From Roseomonas sp. (GTDB lineage Bacteria; Pseudomonadota; Alphaproteobacteria; Acetobacterales; Acetobacteraceae): a stretch of 64,000 bases of DNA. Numbering within the stretch: the first letter of the stretch is position 1; each line of letters starts with the position of its first letter. The position numbers and the translations under genes were made by a program. This document shows positions 42,486 through 51,136 of this stretch, one piece after another. The notes below the pieces were generated by a model. That model was not told where the DNA came from and ran no database searches. It saw only the letters and a list, made by a program, of their open reading frames with translations. The stretch lies in NCBI GenBank assembly GCA_020249265.1, contig JADCGA010000008.1, positions 57,004 to 121,003 on the forward strand, written 5' to 3'.

Positions 42486-43372
42486 GGACTACCCTTTCGC
42501 GGCCAGGTGGCAATCAGCACACTCAGCATCATCAGCGCGAAGCCTACGGCGTGGATGGCGGTAAACGCCTCCTGCAAGATCACCACAGCCACCAGCGCGG
42601 CGGTCGCGGGCAGGAAGGCAGTAAAGATGCCGGCAACACCGGCACCGACGCGCTTCAAGCCGGCATACCAAAGCAGCAGGCAAAGCACACTCGCCGTCAC
42701 GCTATGGAAAACCAGCAACGCCGCAAGCCGCGGATCTGCCAGCGCGGCGATGCTGGCAATATCCGGCAAGGCAAAGGGGGCGAGCATCAATGCCGAGAAA
42801 ATCTGCATCCAAAGGCTTGCCGTGATCACGCCAACGCGGCCCACGATGCGCCGTGCCAGCAGCACGTAAAGCGCTTCGCCGATCACACCGCCGAAGATCA
42901 GCAGATTGCCAAGGACAGACCCCGCAGCCTCCTCACCGCTGCGCGCAATCGTCATCGCCGCCATGCCGAAGGCCGCGAGGCTGACGGCGATCCATTGCGG
43001 CGGCGTCAGGCGTTCCCGCAGCCAAAAGGCGCTGCCCAAAGCCACCACCGCGGGCAGGCTTGCCAATACCAGCCCGCCTTCCAGCGCCGAGGTCAGGCGC
43101 AAGCCCGCCAGCAAGCCCGCATTATAGATCACGGTGCCGAACAGCGCCTGCCAGGCAAGGTTGCGCATCACCTCGCCCTCAGGCCGTGGCGCGGCTTCCA
43201 AAAAGCGCGCCAAGGGCCAAAGCAAGGCCACCGCCAAAACGCAGCGCAGAAAAGCGATCATCGGAATGGGCAGCGCTTCCGCCAGCAATTTCGCAATCGC
43301 GACATTGGCGCCGACCAGCGCCATGGAGGCCGCCAATTGCAGATAAGCGATGCGCGGCACGCCCGGCGTCAC
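42482..43372 (-). CDS. DMT/EamA family transporter
   Basis: Two EamA repeats, about 10 TM segments. Confidence 0.9.
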   Translation of the reverse strand: MTPGVPRIAYLQLAASMALVGANVAIAKLLAEALPIPMIAFLRCVLAVALLWPLARFLEAAPRPEGEVMRNLAWQALFGTVIYNAGLLAGLRLTSALEGGLVLASLPAVVALGSAFWLRERLTPPQWIAVSLAAFGMAAMTIARSGEEAAGSVLGNLLIFGGVIGEALYVLLARRIVGRVGVITASLWMQIFSALMLAPFALPDIASIAALADPRLAALLVFHSVTASVLCLLLWYAGLKRVGAGVAGIFTAFLPATAALVAVVILQEAFTAIHAVGFALMMLSVLIATWPRKGSP

Positions 43373-44532
43373 GCGCCCTCATCCGCCTGACGAAAGGGGG
43401 AAAGTGTGGCAAGCGCGGCCATTTCGCGTTCCATCGCCGGGCGTTCGCGCGCAAGAAATTCACCCACCGCGCGGGACAGCCCAGGATGCGCAATCCAATG
43501 CGCGGAATAGGTCGGCACGGGCAGATAACCGCGCTGGATTTTATGCTCACCCTGCGCGCCCGCTTCAACGCGCGGAATGCCATGCGCAATCGCAAAATCC
43601 ATCGCCATGTAATAGCAAAGTTCAAAATGCAAAAAGGGTACATCCACAATGGCGCCCCAGTTGCGGCCATAAATCGCATCGCGCCCGATCAGATTAAGCG
43701 CGGCGGCGACGGGTTCTCCATCTCGTTCCGCCACCATCAGCAGCACGCGATCACCAAGCCTTTCACCGAGCAGCGGCCAAAAAGCCCGCGTCAAATAGGC
43801 GCTGCGGCCCCATTTCTTATCCGTGGTGGCGCGATAGAAGCGATGAAAGGCCTGCCAATGGCGTGGCGTAATTTCTGCCCCGCGCAATGTGCGCAGCATC
43901 AGACCCGCCGCCTGCACATCGCGCCTTTCGCGCTTCAGCGCCTTGCGCTTGCGCGATGCCAGCGCGCCCAGGAAATCATCAAAATCGCGATAGCCCTGAT
44001 TGGCCCAATGGAATTGCGTGCCAAGCCTTTGCAGCCAGCCGGCATCACCCAGGGCGCGCCATTCGGCTTCTGTACAAAAGGTGGCATGGACAGATGATGC
44101 GCCAATGCCCTGACAGGCCTGCACCAGGGCGCCCGCCAAAACATCCGGCCCGAAACCGGCTTCGGGATGGACCAGCAGGCGCGGTCCAGGCACAGGGCTG
44201 AAGGGCGCGGCCACTTGCAGTTTCGGGTAGTAATCCCCGCCGGCGCGTTCCAAAGCATCCGCCCAGCCATGGTCAAACACATATTCGCCCTGCGAATGGG
44301 ATTTGGCATAGGCGGGCGCACAAGCAAGCAAGCGCTCCGCGCCATCGCGTAACGCCGCATGCTGGGGCAGCCAGCCGCGTTCCGCCACCGCACTGCCGCT
44401 TTCTTCCAGCGCCAATAGAAAGGCATGGCTCACGAAGGGATTGTCACCACCCGCACAGGCATCCCAATCACACGCCGGAATTTCGGCAATGGCGCGGTGC
44501 AGGGTCAGCGACAATTCGGTTGGGCTCGTCAT
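43369..44532 (-). CDS. GNAT/FemAB-like protein (DUF482)
   Basis: NPFVSHAFL, KSHSQGEYVFDHGWA, YYPKL, YGRNWG, HFELCYY, EAGAQGEHK. Confidence 0.9.
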   Translation of the reverse strand: MTSPTELSLTLHRAIAEIPACDWDACAGGDNPFVSHAFLLALEESGSAVAERGWLPQHAALRDGAERLLACAPAYAKSHSQGEYVFDHGWADALERAGGDYYPKLQVAAPFSPVPGPRLLVHPEAGFGPDVLAGALVQACQGIGASSVHATFCTEAEWRALGDAGWLQRLGTQFHWANQGYRDFDDFLGALASRKRKALKRERRDVQAAGLMLRTLRGAEITPRHWQAFHRFYRATTDKKWGRSAYLTRAFWPLLGERLGDRVLLMVAERDGEPVAAALNLIGRDAIYGRNWGAIVDVPFLHFELCYYMAMDFAIAHGIPRVEAGAQGEHKIQRGYLPVPTYSAHWIAHPGLSRAVGEFLARERPAMEREMAALATLSPFRQADEGA

Positions 44533-44577
44533 GCCCCTTGATGTCGTCACGGTGCCGGAGACAGCAAGCCCCGCACC

Positions 44578-45045
44578 TCACCCAATCTCAAACATGCCTT
44601 CCACTTCCACCGCCGCATCTCCGGGCAGGGAGGGCACGCCAATGGTGGTCCGCGCATGGCGACCAACATCACCAAACACTTCCACTGCCAGATCGGAAGC
44701 GCCATTCATCACCAGCGCGTGCTGGGTGAAGTCAGCCGGCGCGGCAATGAAGCCACCAAGCCGCACCACGCGCGTCACGTTATCTAAATCACCGGCGGCC
44801 GCCTTCAACTGCGCCAGTAGATTGATAAAGCAAAGCCGCGCCGCTTCGCGCCCCACTTCAATCGAAACACCGGCGCCAAGCTTGCCGGTATAGGCAATCT
44901 TGCCATCACGTACCGGCACCTGGCCGGAAATCACCACCAGCTTTCCGCTGATGTTGAAAGGGATGTAATTCGCAATCGGTGCCGCCGGCGTTGGCAATAC
45001 AATGCCAAGGGCAGCAAGCTTCGCTTCGATTTTTCCGGCCATCAT
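44578..45045 (-). CDS. RidA/YjgF family protein
   Basis: APIANYIP, ISGQVP, NGASDL, HARTTIG, VEVEG. Confidence 0.9.
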   Translation of the reverse strand: MMAGKIEAKLAALGIVLPTPAAPIANYIPFNISGKLVVISGQVPVRDGKIAYTGKLGAGVSIEVGREAARLCFINLLAQLKAAAGDLDNVTRVVRLGGFIAAPADFTQHALVMNGASDLAVEVFGDVGRHARTTIGVPSLPGDAAVEVEGMFEIG

Positions 45046-45067
45046 CCTGTTCCTTCAAAAGCGCCAA

Positions 45068-46564
45068 TTACGCTGCGGGGCGCAAATGGCGGCGCATGCG
45101 TGGTGAAGGATGCGCCGGCAATTCCAAGGGAAGCAAGGGCAGCACCGCGGCGCGCGGTTGCAGCGTTTCTTCCTCAACCGGGTCGGGCAAATCCTCGCGC
45201 CCCAGATAATCACGCGCCAGCCGCCGGAATGCCCAATCCAGCACGGAAGTGGCGCGGCGAATGCCCCCGTCGCCTTCCACCGCGCCGCCATGGCCAGGCG
45301 CATAGGCATAGGCGTTCACGAAGCTCGCCAAGGGCACGCCCTGCGCCAGGCCAAGCGAAACGGCCTGGGCGAGCGCTTCCATCAAAGCCCGCGTCATCGC
45401 CGCTTCACGCGGGAGGGAGAAGGAAATCTCCCGCAAATGGCCGCGATCATCTTCAACGGCGCGCAGCGCAACCCGATTGCCGGCAATGGCCACGCGCCAG
45501 CAGCGGTTGATTGGCGCGTGAATGGGCCGTGGTGCGGCGCGGCGCACTTCCGGCATATCAGCGGGGGCGGGCATGGCGGGCGGCGGCGCATCCAGGAAGG
45601 GCATCACCGCCGCTTCCATGGCGCGCCGCGCCTGCGGCGCCACGGGGGCCAAAAGCCATGCGGCATCAACGCCAGCGCGTTCAGCCGCGCCGGTTGGCAC
45701 TTGCGTGATGCGCCCATCCTCGCCGCGCGCCGGGCGGCTTGCGCCAGGGGCTGGGGCAATGCCGGCGCTTTCCGCGCCCAGCAGTGCTTCCACCGAATCA
45801 GCAGGTGCGAGGGCAATGCAGCCGCGATGGCGCAAACCTGGGGAAGCCGCCGCCGCCGCCAAAGCCGCGCGTGCTGCCTTGGCCAAGCCTGGAATGGCGG
45901 TTTCCTCGGGGGGCGTTGGGCAGATGAGCGCCACCGCATGGCGCGGGCCGAAACGCGTCGCGAGCCGACCGGATTCCGCTTCCGCCGCCCCGCGCGTCAG
46001 GCCGGCAATGGCGGCGGCGACATCGCGCGCCTCATTGCTGTCATAGCCAAGACCAAAACCGGCCAAAAGCCCGGCCAGATCGGCAAAACCAAGGCGGAGG
46101 CTCTCCGCCTTGCCATGGCCCCAAATATCAAGCGTTTGCACTGCCAACTGACAGGCCGCGCGATAGGCCGGCGCATCAAAGCCGCCTTCCCCATCCAGAA
46201 AGGCCGGCAGGTTCAGCACAAAACGTCCCTCAGCGCGGGCATCGCGCCAAATCTCGGCCCCGGGCGCGCCGCGCCGCGCTAAAATCAAGGAACGCAGGCC
46301 CGCGGCCAGGCTTTCCGCCGCGTCGGCGCCATCCAGCAAGCCAAGGCGTCGCCCGCGCAGCGTCAGGCGTTGAATCCAGGCCTCTGCCACGCTTGGCAGC
46401 GTGGCCGGGCCGCTTCCAGGGGCGAGCGCGGCCAGCGCCTCCCCGGCTTCATCTTCCCAAGGCACGGGGATAGCGACAGCGCGCGGCGGCGAATCAGGAT
46501 CCGCCCCCGCTTTCAAGCGCCTCAGCGCAACCCCAGCCCAAATGGTTCCAACAATGCCTGCCAT
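45068..46564 (-). CDS. Degenerate class II ribonucleotide reductase (NrdJ)-derived protein with TSCPD-type C-terminus
   Basis: Collinear NrdJ remnants (RGAPGAEIW, LNLPAF, LGFADLAGLL..LGYDS, IALAP..S, AVSLGLAQGVPL, ATSVLDWAFRRLARDYLGREDL); no NPCxE motif. Confidence 0.75.
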   Translation of the reverse strand: MAGIVGTIWAGVALRRLKAGADPDSPPRAVAIPVPWEDEAGEALAALAPGSGPATLPSVAEAWIQRLTLRGRRLGLLDGADAAESLAAGLRSLILARRGAPGAEIWRDARAEGRFVLNLPAFLDGEGGFDAPAYRAACQLAVQTLDIWGHGKAESLRLGFADLAGLLAGFGLGYDSNEARDVAAAIAGLTRGAAEAESGRLATRFGPRHAVALICPTPPEETAIPGLAKAARAALAAAAASPGLRHRGCIALAPADSVEALLGAESAGIAPAPGASRPARGEDGRITQVPTGAAERAGVDAAWLLAPVAPQARRAMEAAVMPFLDAPPPAMPAPADMPEVRRAAPRPIHAPINRCWRVAIAGNRVALRAVEDDRGHLREISFSLPREAAMTRALMEALAQAVSLGLAQGVPLASFVNAYAYAPGHGGAVEGDGGIRRATSVLDWAFRRLARDYLGREDLPDPVEEETLQPRAAVLPLLPLELPAHPSPRMRRHLRPAA

Positions 46565-46598
46565 GAGAGGAATGCTAAGCGCGACTCGAAAGCCTGGA

Positions 46599-46646
46599 AA
46601 GCCTTATTTAGTAGTTTTTTGGGGGTGGACCCACAATATCCTGTGG
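46599..46646. promoter_or_regulatory. Tandem NrdR-like boxes
   Basis: CCACAATATCCTGTGG (46631-46646) matches about 12/16 of acaCwAtATaTwGtgt; a weaker core CCTTATTTAG lies 32 bp away (46602-46611); both are upstream of the NrdJ-like gene. Confidence 0.55.
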
Positions 46647-46730
46647 ATAGCTTGCACATCGCTTTGCTTTTGCGTGACCCGCGCGGCTGTGCGACTATGC
46701 AACTCGTTTTTCTTGCACCGGGAAGCCGCC

Positions 46731-47072
46731 ATGCAGTTACTCAGTACGCTCTTTATCCGCCTCACCAGCCGTCAGGTTGGGCAGGACCGCTTCGGCAATA
46801 CCTATTGGGAAGCCCGCGGCCGACGCGATTCCTATGGCCGCCCCATGCGGCGGGTGCTTTACGCGAAGGAAGCCCAAGCTTCTGCCGTGCCGGCGGAATG
46901 GTGGGGCTGGCTGCACCACACCACGGAAAACCCTCTGCCCGAGGATGCGCCGCGCCGCCCCTGGCAGAAAGAGCATCTGCCCAATATGACCGGCACGTCC
47001 GAAGCTTGGCGGCCAGTGAACCCGGCGGCCAACCGCGGCGGGGATTACGAAGCCTGGACACCGGGGCGCTGA
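46731..47072 (+). CDS. NADH:ubiquinone oxidoreductase subunit NDUFA12-like
   Basis: VGQDRFGNTYW, RRVLY, VPAEWWGWLHH, WQKEHLPNMTGT, YEAWTP. Confidence 0.92.
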   Translation: MQLLSTLFIRLTSRQVGQDRFGNTYWEARGRRDSYGRPMRRVLYAKEAQASAVPAEWWGWLHHTTENPLPEDAPRRPWQKEHLPNMTGTSEAWRPVNPAANRGGDYEAWTPGR

Positions 47073-47098
47073 CGGCGCCCTTTTGAAAGCCCATTCCG

Positions 47099-47593
47099 AT
47101 GCAAAAGCGCAGTCTGGCGGAGATTTTGACCGGTTTGGTGGTGCTGGCCATTGCGGCAAGCTTCCTTGGCTATGCCGTCACCAGCACGGGGCGCAGCTTT
47201 TCTGGCGCCGGGATGAACCTCACCGCGAAGTTTGATCGGATTGATGGCCTGGGTCAGGGCGCCGATGTGCGCATTGCCGGCGTGAAGGTTGGGCAGGTTG
47301 TGGCGCAGCGGATTGATCCCGAAAGCTTCCTGGCCGTGCTGACGCTGCGCGTAGATGCCGGGCTGAAGCTGCCGCATGATACCTCGGCCGAGATTTCCAG
47401 CGAAGGTTTGCTCGGCGGCAAATATGTTGCGCTGGTGCCGGGCGGCGATACGCGCATTCTGCGCGATGGCAGTGAGATCACCATCACGCAAAGTGCCATC
47501 AATTTGGAAAGCCTGTTGGGGCGGTTCATTTTCTCGGCCGGTGAGACAAATCAGCGCGGCAATCAGGAAAACGCGCCGGCCACGCCGCGATGA
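47099..47593 (+). CDS. mlaD: Lipid asymmetry maintenance MCE protein
   Basis: AKFDRIDGL..GADVRIAGVKVG, SSEGLLGGKYVAL. Confidence 0.9.
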   Translation: MQKRSLAEILTGLVVLAIAASFLGYAVTSTGRSFSGAGMNLTAKFDRIDGLGQGADVRIAGVKVGQVVAQRIDPESFLAVLTLRVDAGLKLPHDTSAEISSEGLLGGKYVALVPGGDTRILRDGSEITITQSAINLESLLGRFIFSAGETNQRGNQENAPATPR

Positions 47594-47814
47594 AACCGCT
47601 GCCCAAGCCACCTGCCGCCTGGCCTGGGGCGGATGGGAAGCCTGTATCCTGCAATGAAAAGCTGAAAATGCTCGCAGAAAATCATACGGAAGCCGCGACA
47701 GTGCTGCGCGATGTGTTTGAAGACGCCGTGCTGATGGGCGTGGATGAAGGCGCGATGCGCGCGATCTTGCAGGAGATGATCGTAGCATTGCCAAGCCCGA
47801 AGCGCGGCACATGA
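47590..47814 (+). CDS. Small conserved hypothetical protein
   Basis: 74 aa, ATGA-coupled on both sides; PVSCNEKLKML...FEDAVLMG. Confidence 0.75.
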   Translation: MKPLPKPPAAWPGADGKPVSCNEKLKMLAENHTEAATVLRDVFEDAVLMGVDEGAMRAILQEMIVALPSPKRGT

Positions 47815-48170
47815 CAAGGCTTTTGGCCTTGGCGCTATGCTGCCTGCCGGGCATTGCCTTGGCGCAGGAATGGGTGCCGCGCCAACAAGCCCGCATCCAG
47901 GCGCTGGATAAGGTGACAGCGCGCGTGACGGTGCTGGAAGGCCGAGTGGGTGAAACTGTCAGTTTCGGCACGCTTTCCATCCGCATCGGCGCCTGCCATG
48001 CGCGCCCCCCCACCGAAGTGCCCGATTCCGCCGCCCGGTTTGAAATGACCGATAGCCGCGCGCCGCAGGGCAGCCCGCCCGTGTTTCGCGGCTGGATGTT
48101 CGCCGAAGCGCCGGGCGTGAATATGCTGGAACACCCCGTTTATGATGTGCGTATCCTAAGGTGCCTGTGA
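47811..48170 (+). CDS. DUF2155 domain protein
   Basis: ALDKVTAR, FGTLSI, FRGWMFA, LEHPVYDV; usual synteny with mlaD. Confidence 0.88.
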   Translation: MTRLLALALCCLPGIALAQEWVPRQQARIQALDKVTARVTVLEGRVGETVSFGTLSIRIGACHARPPTEVPDSAARFEMTDSRAPQGSPPVFRGWMFAEAPGVNMLEHPVYDVRILRCL

Positions 48171-48238
48171 TCCGAAGAATTTCTTTCTGCACAGCGCCTA
48201 ATCCGCTATCTTAGTCTACGCTTTATGAAGGCCAGCCC

Positions 48239-49126
48239 ATGTCAGCCGCAGCGAATGGCGCCCGCATCCAGCCGTTTTTTGATGAGGCGACCAATACGGT
48301 CAGCTATCTTGTCTTCGACCCCGCCACGCGCCAAGCCGCGGTGATTGACCCGGTGCTGGATTGGGACCATCGCAGTGGGGAGGCAGATACGCGTTCCGCT
48401 GATCGGCTGATTAAAGCCGCGCGGCAGGCAGGCGTTGCGATTGCGCTGATCCTGGAAACCCATGCCCATGCGGATCATTTGACCGCCGCACCCTATATCA
48501 AGCAGCGTTGCGGCGGGAAGATTGCCATTGGCGAACACATCAAGGATGTGCAGCGCATTTTCCGCCCGGTCTTCGCCGCCGATGATGTGAAGCCCGAAGG
48601 TGGCGATTTCGATCTGTTGTTGCGTGATGGGGAACGCCTGAAGCTTGGCATCCTGGAAATTGAGGTAATTCATACGCCGGGCCACACGCCGGCCTGTGTC
48701 TGCTACCGCATTGGTGATGATGTTTTCGTGGGCGATACGCTGTTCATGCATGATTACGGCACGGCGCGCGCTGATTTTCCGGGTGGTGATGCTCGCACCT
48801 TGTTTCGTTCCATCAAGCGCCTGCTGGCGCTACCGCCGCAAGCCAGGCTTTGGATGTGCCATGATTACAAGGCACCGGGGCGAGAGGATTATGCGTGGCA
48901 AAGCACAGTGGCCGAACAGCGCGCGCATAACCCACATGTGAAGGACGGCGTGACCGAAGATGAATTCGTGGCCTTCCGCCAGGCGCGCGATGCGAAGCTC
49001 GCGGCACCCACGCTGCTGCTGCCCTCGATCCAGGTGAATATCCGCGCCGGGCGCTTCCCGGAAGCTGAGAGCAATGGCGTGCGCTATTTGAAAATCCCCG
49101 TGAAGGCGCGGGTTGGGCTTGGCTAA
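48239..49126 (+). CDS. MBL-fold hydrolase, persulfide dioxygenase (ETHE1/Blh)-like
   Basis: ETHAHADH, TPGHTPAC, GDTLF...GTARADF, CHDY, P.LLLPSIQVN. Confidence 0.85.
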   Translation: MSAAANGARIQPFFDEATNTVSYLVFDPATRQAAVIDPVLDWDHRSGEADTRSADRLIKAARQAGVAIALILETHAHADHLTAAPYIKQRCGGKIAIGEHIKDVQRIFRPVFAADDVKPEGGDFDLLLRDGERLKLGILEIEVIHTPGHTPACVCYRIGDDVFVGDTLFMHDYGTARADFPGGDARTLFRSIKRLLALPPQARLWMCHDYKAPGREDYAWQSTVAEQRAHNPHVKDGVTEDEFVAFRQARDAKLAAPTLLLPSIQVNIRAGRFPEAESNGVRYLKIPVKARVGLG

Positions 49127-49204
49127 GCTTGTCGCTTGGGGTCCAGGCCATTTTGGCGTATGGCGGGGGCATCACGAAGAAATCATGACTGGGAGCAAGC
49201 ACAT

Positions 49205-50197
49205 ATGAAAAGACGCGTTCTGCTTGGGGCTGGCATGGGCCTCGTTCTTTCCGCGCCCGCCATTGCCCAAGGCCTGCCCGATCGGCCCATCACGCTGGTG
49301 AGTGGCTTTGCGCCAGGTGGTTCCACCGACATCACCGCGCGGCTGCTGGCGGAGCGCATGCAGGCCCATATGGGGACCAATGCGCGTGTGGTGGTGGAAA
49401 ACCGCCCTGGCGCTTCCGGCACAGTGGCGGCCGAATGGCTGCGTCGGCAGCCCGCTGATGGTACGGTGCTCATGCTGAATGAGGCATCATCCCATGCGCT
49501 AATCCCTGCCGCCATGCAGGGCGGCACGCGCTATGACCCGATTGCGGATTTCACCCATATCGCCGTTGCCGCCAATGGCCCGCTGATCCTGGTGTCAGCG
49601 CCGAATTTCCCCGCCGGCACAGCGGCTGAGGCTGTGGCTAGGTTGCGCGCCGGGCCGCAGGATAACATGCCCTATGCGTCATCCGGCGTTGGATCCATGC
49701 CGCATTTCGCGGCTGAGGCTGTGGCGGTTTCGCTTCTGCTGGGTGGCAAATTCTCTCATGTACCGTATCGGTCCGGCGGGCTGATGGTGGAATCCATCGC
49801 GCGTGGAGAAACGGCCTGGGGCGTTGCAGTGCTGGCTTCCGCCGCCGCGCAGGTGCGCGATAATCGTGTGCGCGGCATTGCCATTACAGGGCTGGAACGC
49901 TTCCCGGCCTTCCCGGATATTCCAACGCTCGCGGAATCTGGCATGCCTGGTTTTGACATCGGCAATTGGTTCGCGGTGGTGGGGCCGCCGCGCATGCCGG
50001 AAGGCACCGTGGCAGCGCTGAACCGCGTGATTAATGCGTCGCTGGCTGATGCGCAATTGCGCGAACGTTTCCTGATTGCCGGGATTTCGCCCTGGACACG
50101 GCCCAATACGCCTGCTGATACGCGCGCCTTCTTCCAAGCCGAACTCACCAAGTTCAAGGGCGTGGTGGAACGCACTGGCGTGAAGATGGAACAGTGA
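49205..50197 (+). CDS. Bug/TctC substrate-binding protein
   Basis: DRPITLVSGFAPGGSTD, VENRPGASG, HVPYR. Confidence 0.92.
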   Translation: MKRRVLLGAGMGLVLSAPAIAQGLPDRPITLVSGFAPGGSTDITARLLAERMQAHMGTNARVVVENRPGASGTVAAEWLRRQPADGTVLMLNEASSHALIPAAMQGGTRYDPIADFTHIAVAANGPLILVSAPNFPAGTAAEAVARLRAGPQDNMPYASSGVGSMPHFAAEAVAVSLLLGGKFSHVPYRSGGLMVESIARGETAWGVAVLASAAAQVRDNRVRGIAITGLERFPAFPDIPTLAESGMPGFDIGNWFAVVGPPRMPEGTVAALNRVINASLADAQLRERFLIAGISPWTRPNTPADTRAFFQAELTKFKGVVERTGVKMEQ

Positions 50198-50201
50198 TCG
50201 G

Positions 50202-50234
50202 AAAGGGCGCCTGAAGATTTTCCAGGCGCCCTTT
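50202..50234. terminator. Bidirectional intrinsic terminator
   Basis: AAAGGGCGCCTG (50202-50213) / CAGGCGCCCTTT (50223-50234) between convergent genes. Confidence 0.8.
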
Positions 50235-50235
50235 T

Positions 50236-50338
50236 AGAGCATGTCTCATTCGCCTTCGCTCACGAGACATGCTCTAAATTCATATCTGATCGCATTTTCC
50301 GAGCCGCCAAGCGATTTCACTTGGCTTGAAAATGCTCT
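50236..50338. repeat. 103-bp palindromic element, Bru-RS/RIME-like MITE
   Basis: Terminal inverted repeats AGAGCAT / ATGCTCT; perfect 12-bp stem AGAGCATGTCTC / GAGACATGCTCT; second hairpin GCATTTTC..CCAAG..CTTGG..GAAAATGC. Confidence 0.75.
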
Positions 50339-50341
50339 GTT

Positions 50342-51136
50342 TCAATCCTTCGGCGGCAGATGAAGGGCAACAACTTCGCCCCCCTGCCCTGCCACTTCCG
50401 GAAAGCGCCGGCGCACATCCGGGTCATGCCCTGGAATAACGCGGCTATCATCGCCCCCCGCCAGCTTCTTCGCCGCGCGCCAGCCCGCCGCCATCGCCCC
50501 CAAATCGTAAATGATCGGGAAGGGATTACCGCTCAATGCATTCGCATAGAAATGCATGGCGTCGGATGCCAGCACCACCGGCCCGCGCGCGGTTTCAACG
50601 CGCACCACTTGCAAGCCATCCGAATGGCCACCGACGCGATGCACGGAAACGCCCGCCGCCACTTCGCCATCGCCATCATGAAACACAACGCGATCAGCAT
50701 AAAGCGCCTTCACCATGGCGACCACATGCGCGGCTTCGAAGGGCAGGCGGATGGCGTGCACGCACATATGCCGGCCGGTTGCGAAATGCATTTCGCGTTC
50801 CTGCAAATGGAACTTGGCACCGGGGAACATGCCAAGCGAACCCGCGTGATCATAATGCAAATGCGTGATGATCACGTCTGATACCTTGGCGGCATCCGTG
50901 CCCATGGCCCTCAGGCTATCGCGCACATTGCGCGCGATGGTGCGGCCTCGGCCAGCAGCGGTTTCCTCATCAAAGCCGGTATCCACCACAATTTCCTGCC
51001 CATCCGGCGCGCGCAGCAACCAGATGAAGTAATCAAGCGGCATCGCTTCATGCGCATCGGGCACGGGCAGCAGAAAATTCGTCTGCGCCGTGCGTTCATG
51101 CCGCCCGTAACGGATGGCATAGGCTTCCCAATTCAT
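50342..51136 (-). CDS. N-acyl homoserine lactonase-family MBL hydrolase
   Basis: THLHYDHAG, GGHSDG, LASDAMH, PGHD. Confidence 0.85.
   Translation of the reverse strand: MNWEAYAIRYGRHERTAQTNFLLPVPDAHEAMPLDYFIWLLRAPDGQEIVVDTGFDEETAAGRGRTIARNVRDSLRAMGTDAAKVSDVIITHLHYDHAGSLGMFPGAKFHLQEREMHFATGRHMCVHAIRLPFEAAHVVAMVKALYADRVVFHDGDGEVAAGVSVHRVGGHSDGLQVVRVETARGPVVLASDAMHFYANALSGNPFPIIYDLGAMAAGWRAAKKLAGGDDSRVIPGHDPDVRRRFPEVAGQGGEVVALHLPPKD

Noticed and set aside
45110-46282. 390-aa plus-strand ORF opposite the NrdJ-like gene
   Set aside because: The minus-strand frame carries the NrdJ landmarks; this frame has none
50342-51136. Calling the lactonase a quorum-quenching aiiA/attM gene
   Set aside because: The HxHxDH family motif does not define the substrate, and the operon context points to metabolism
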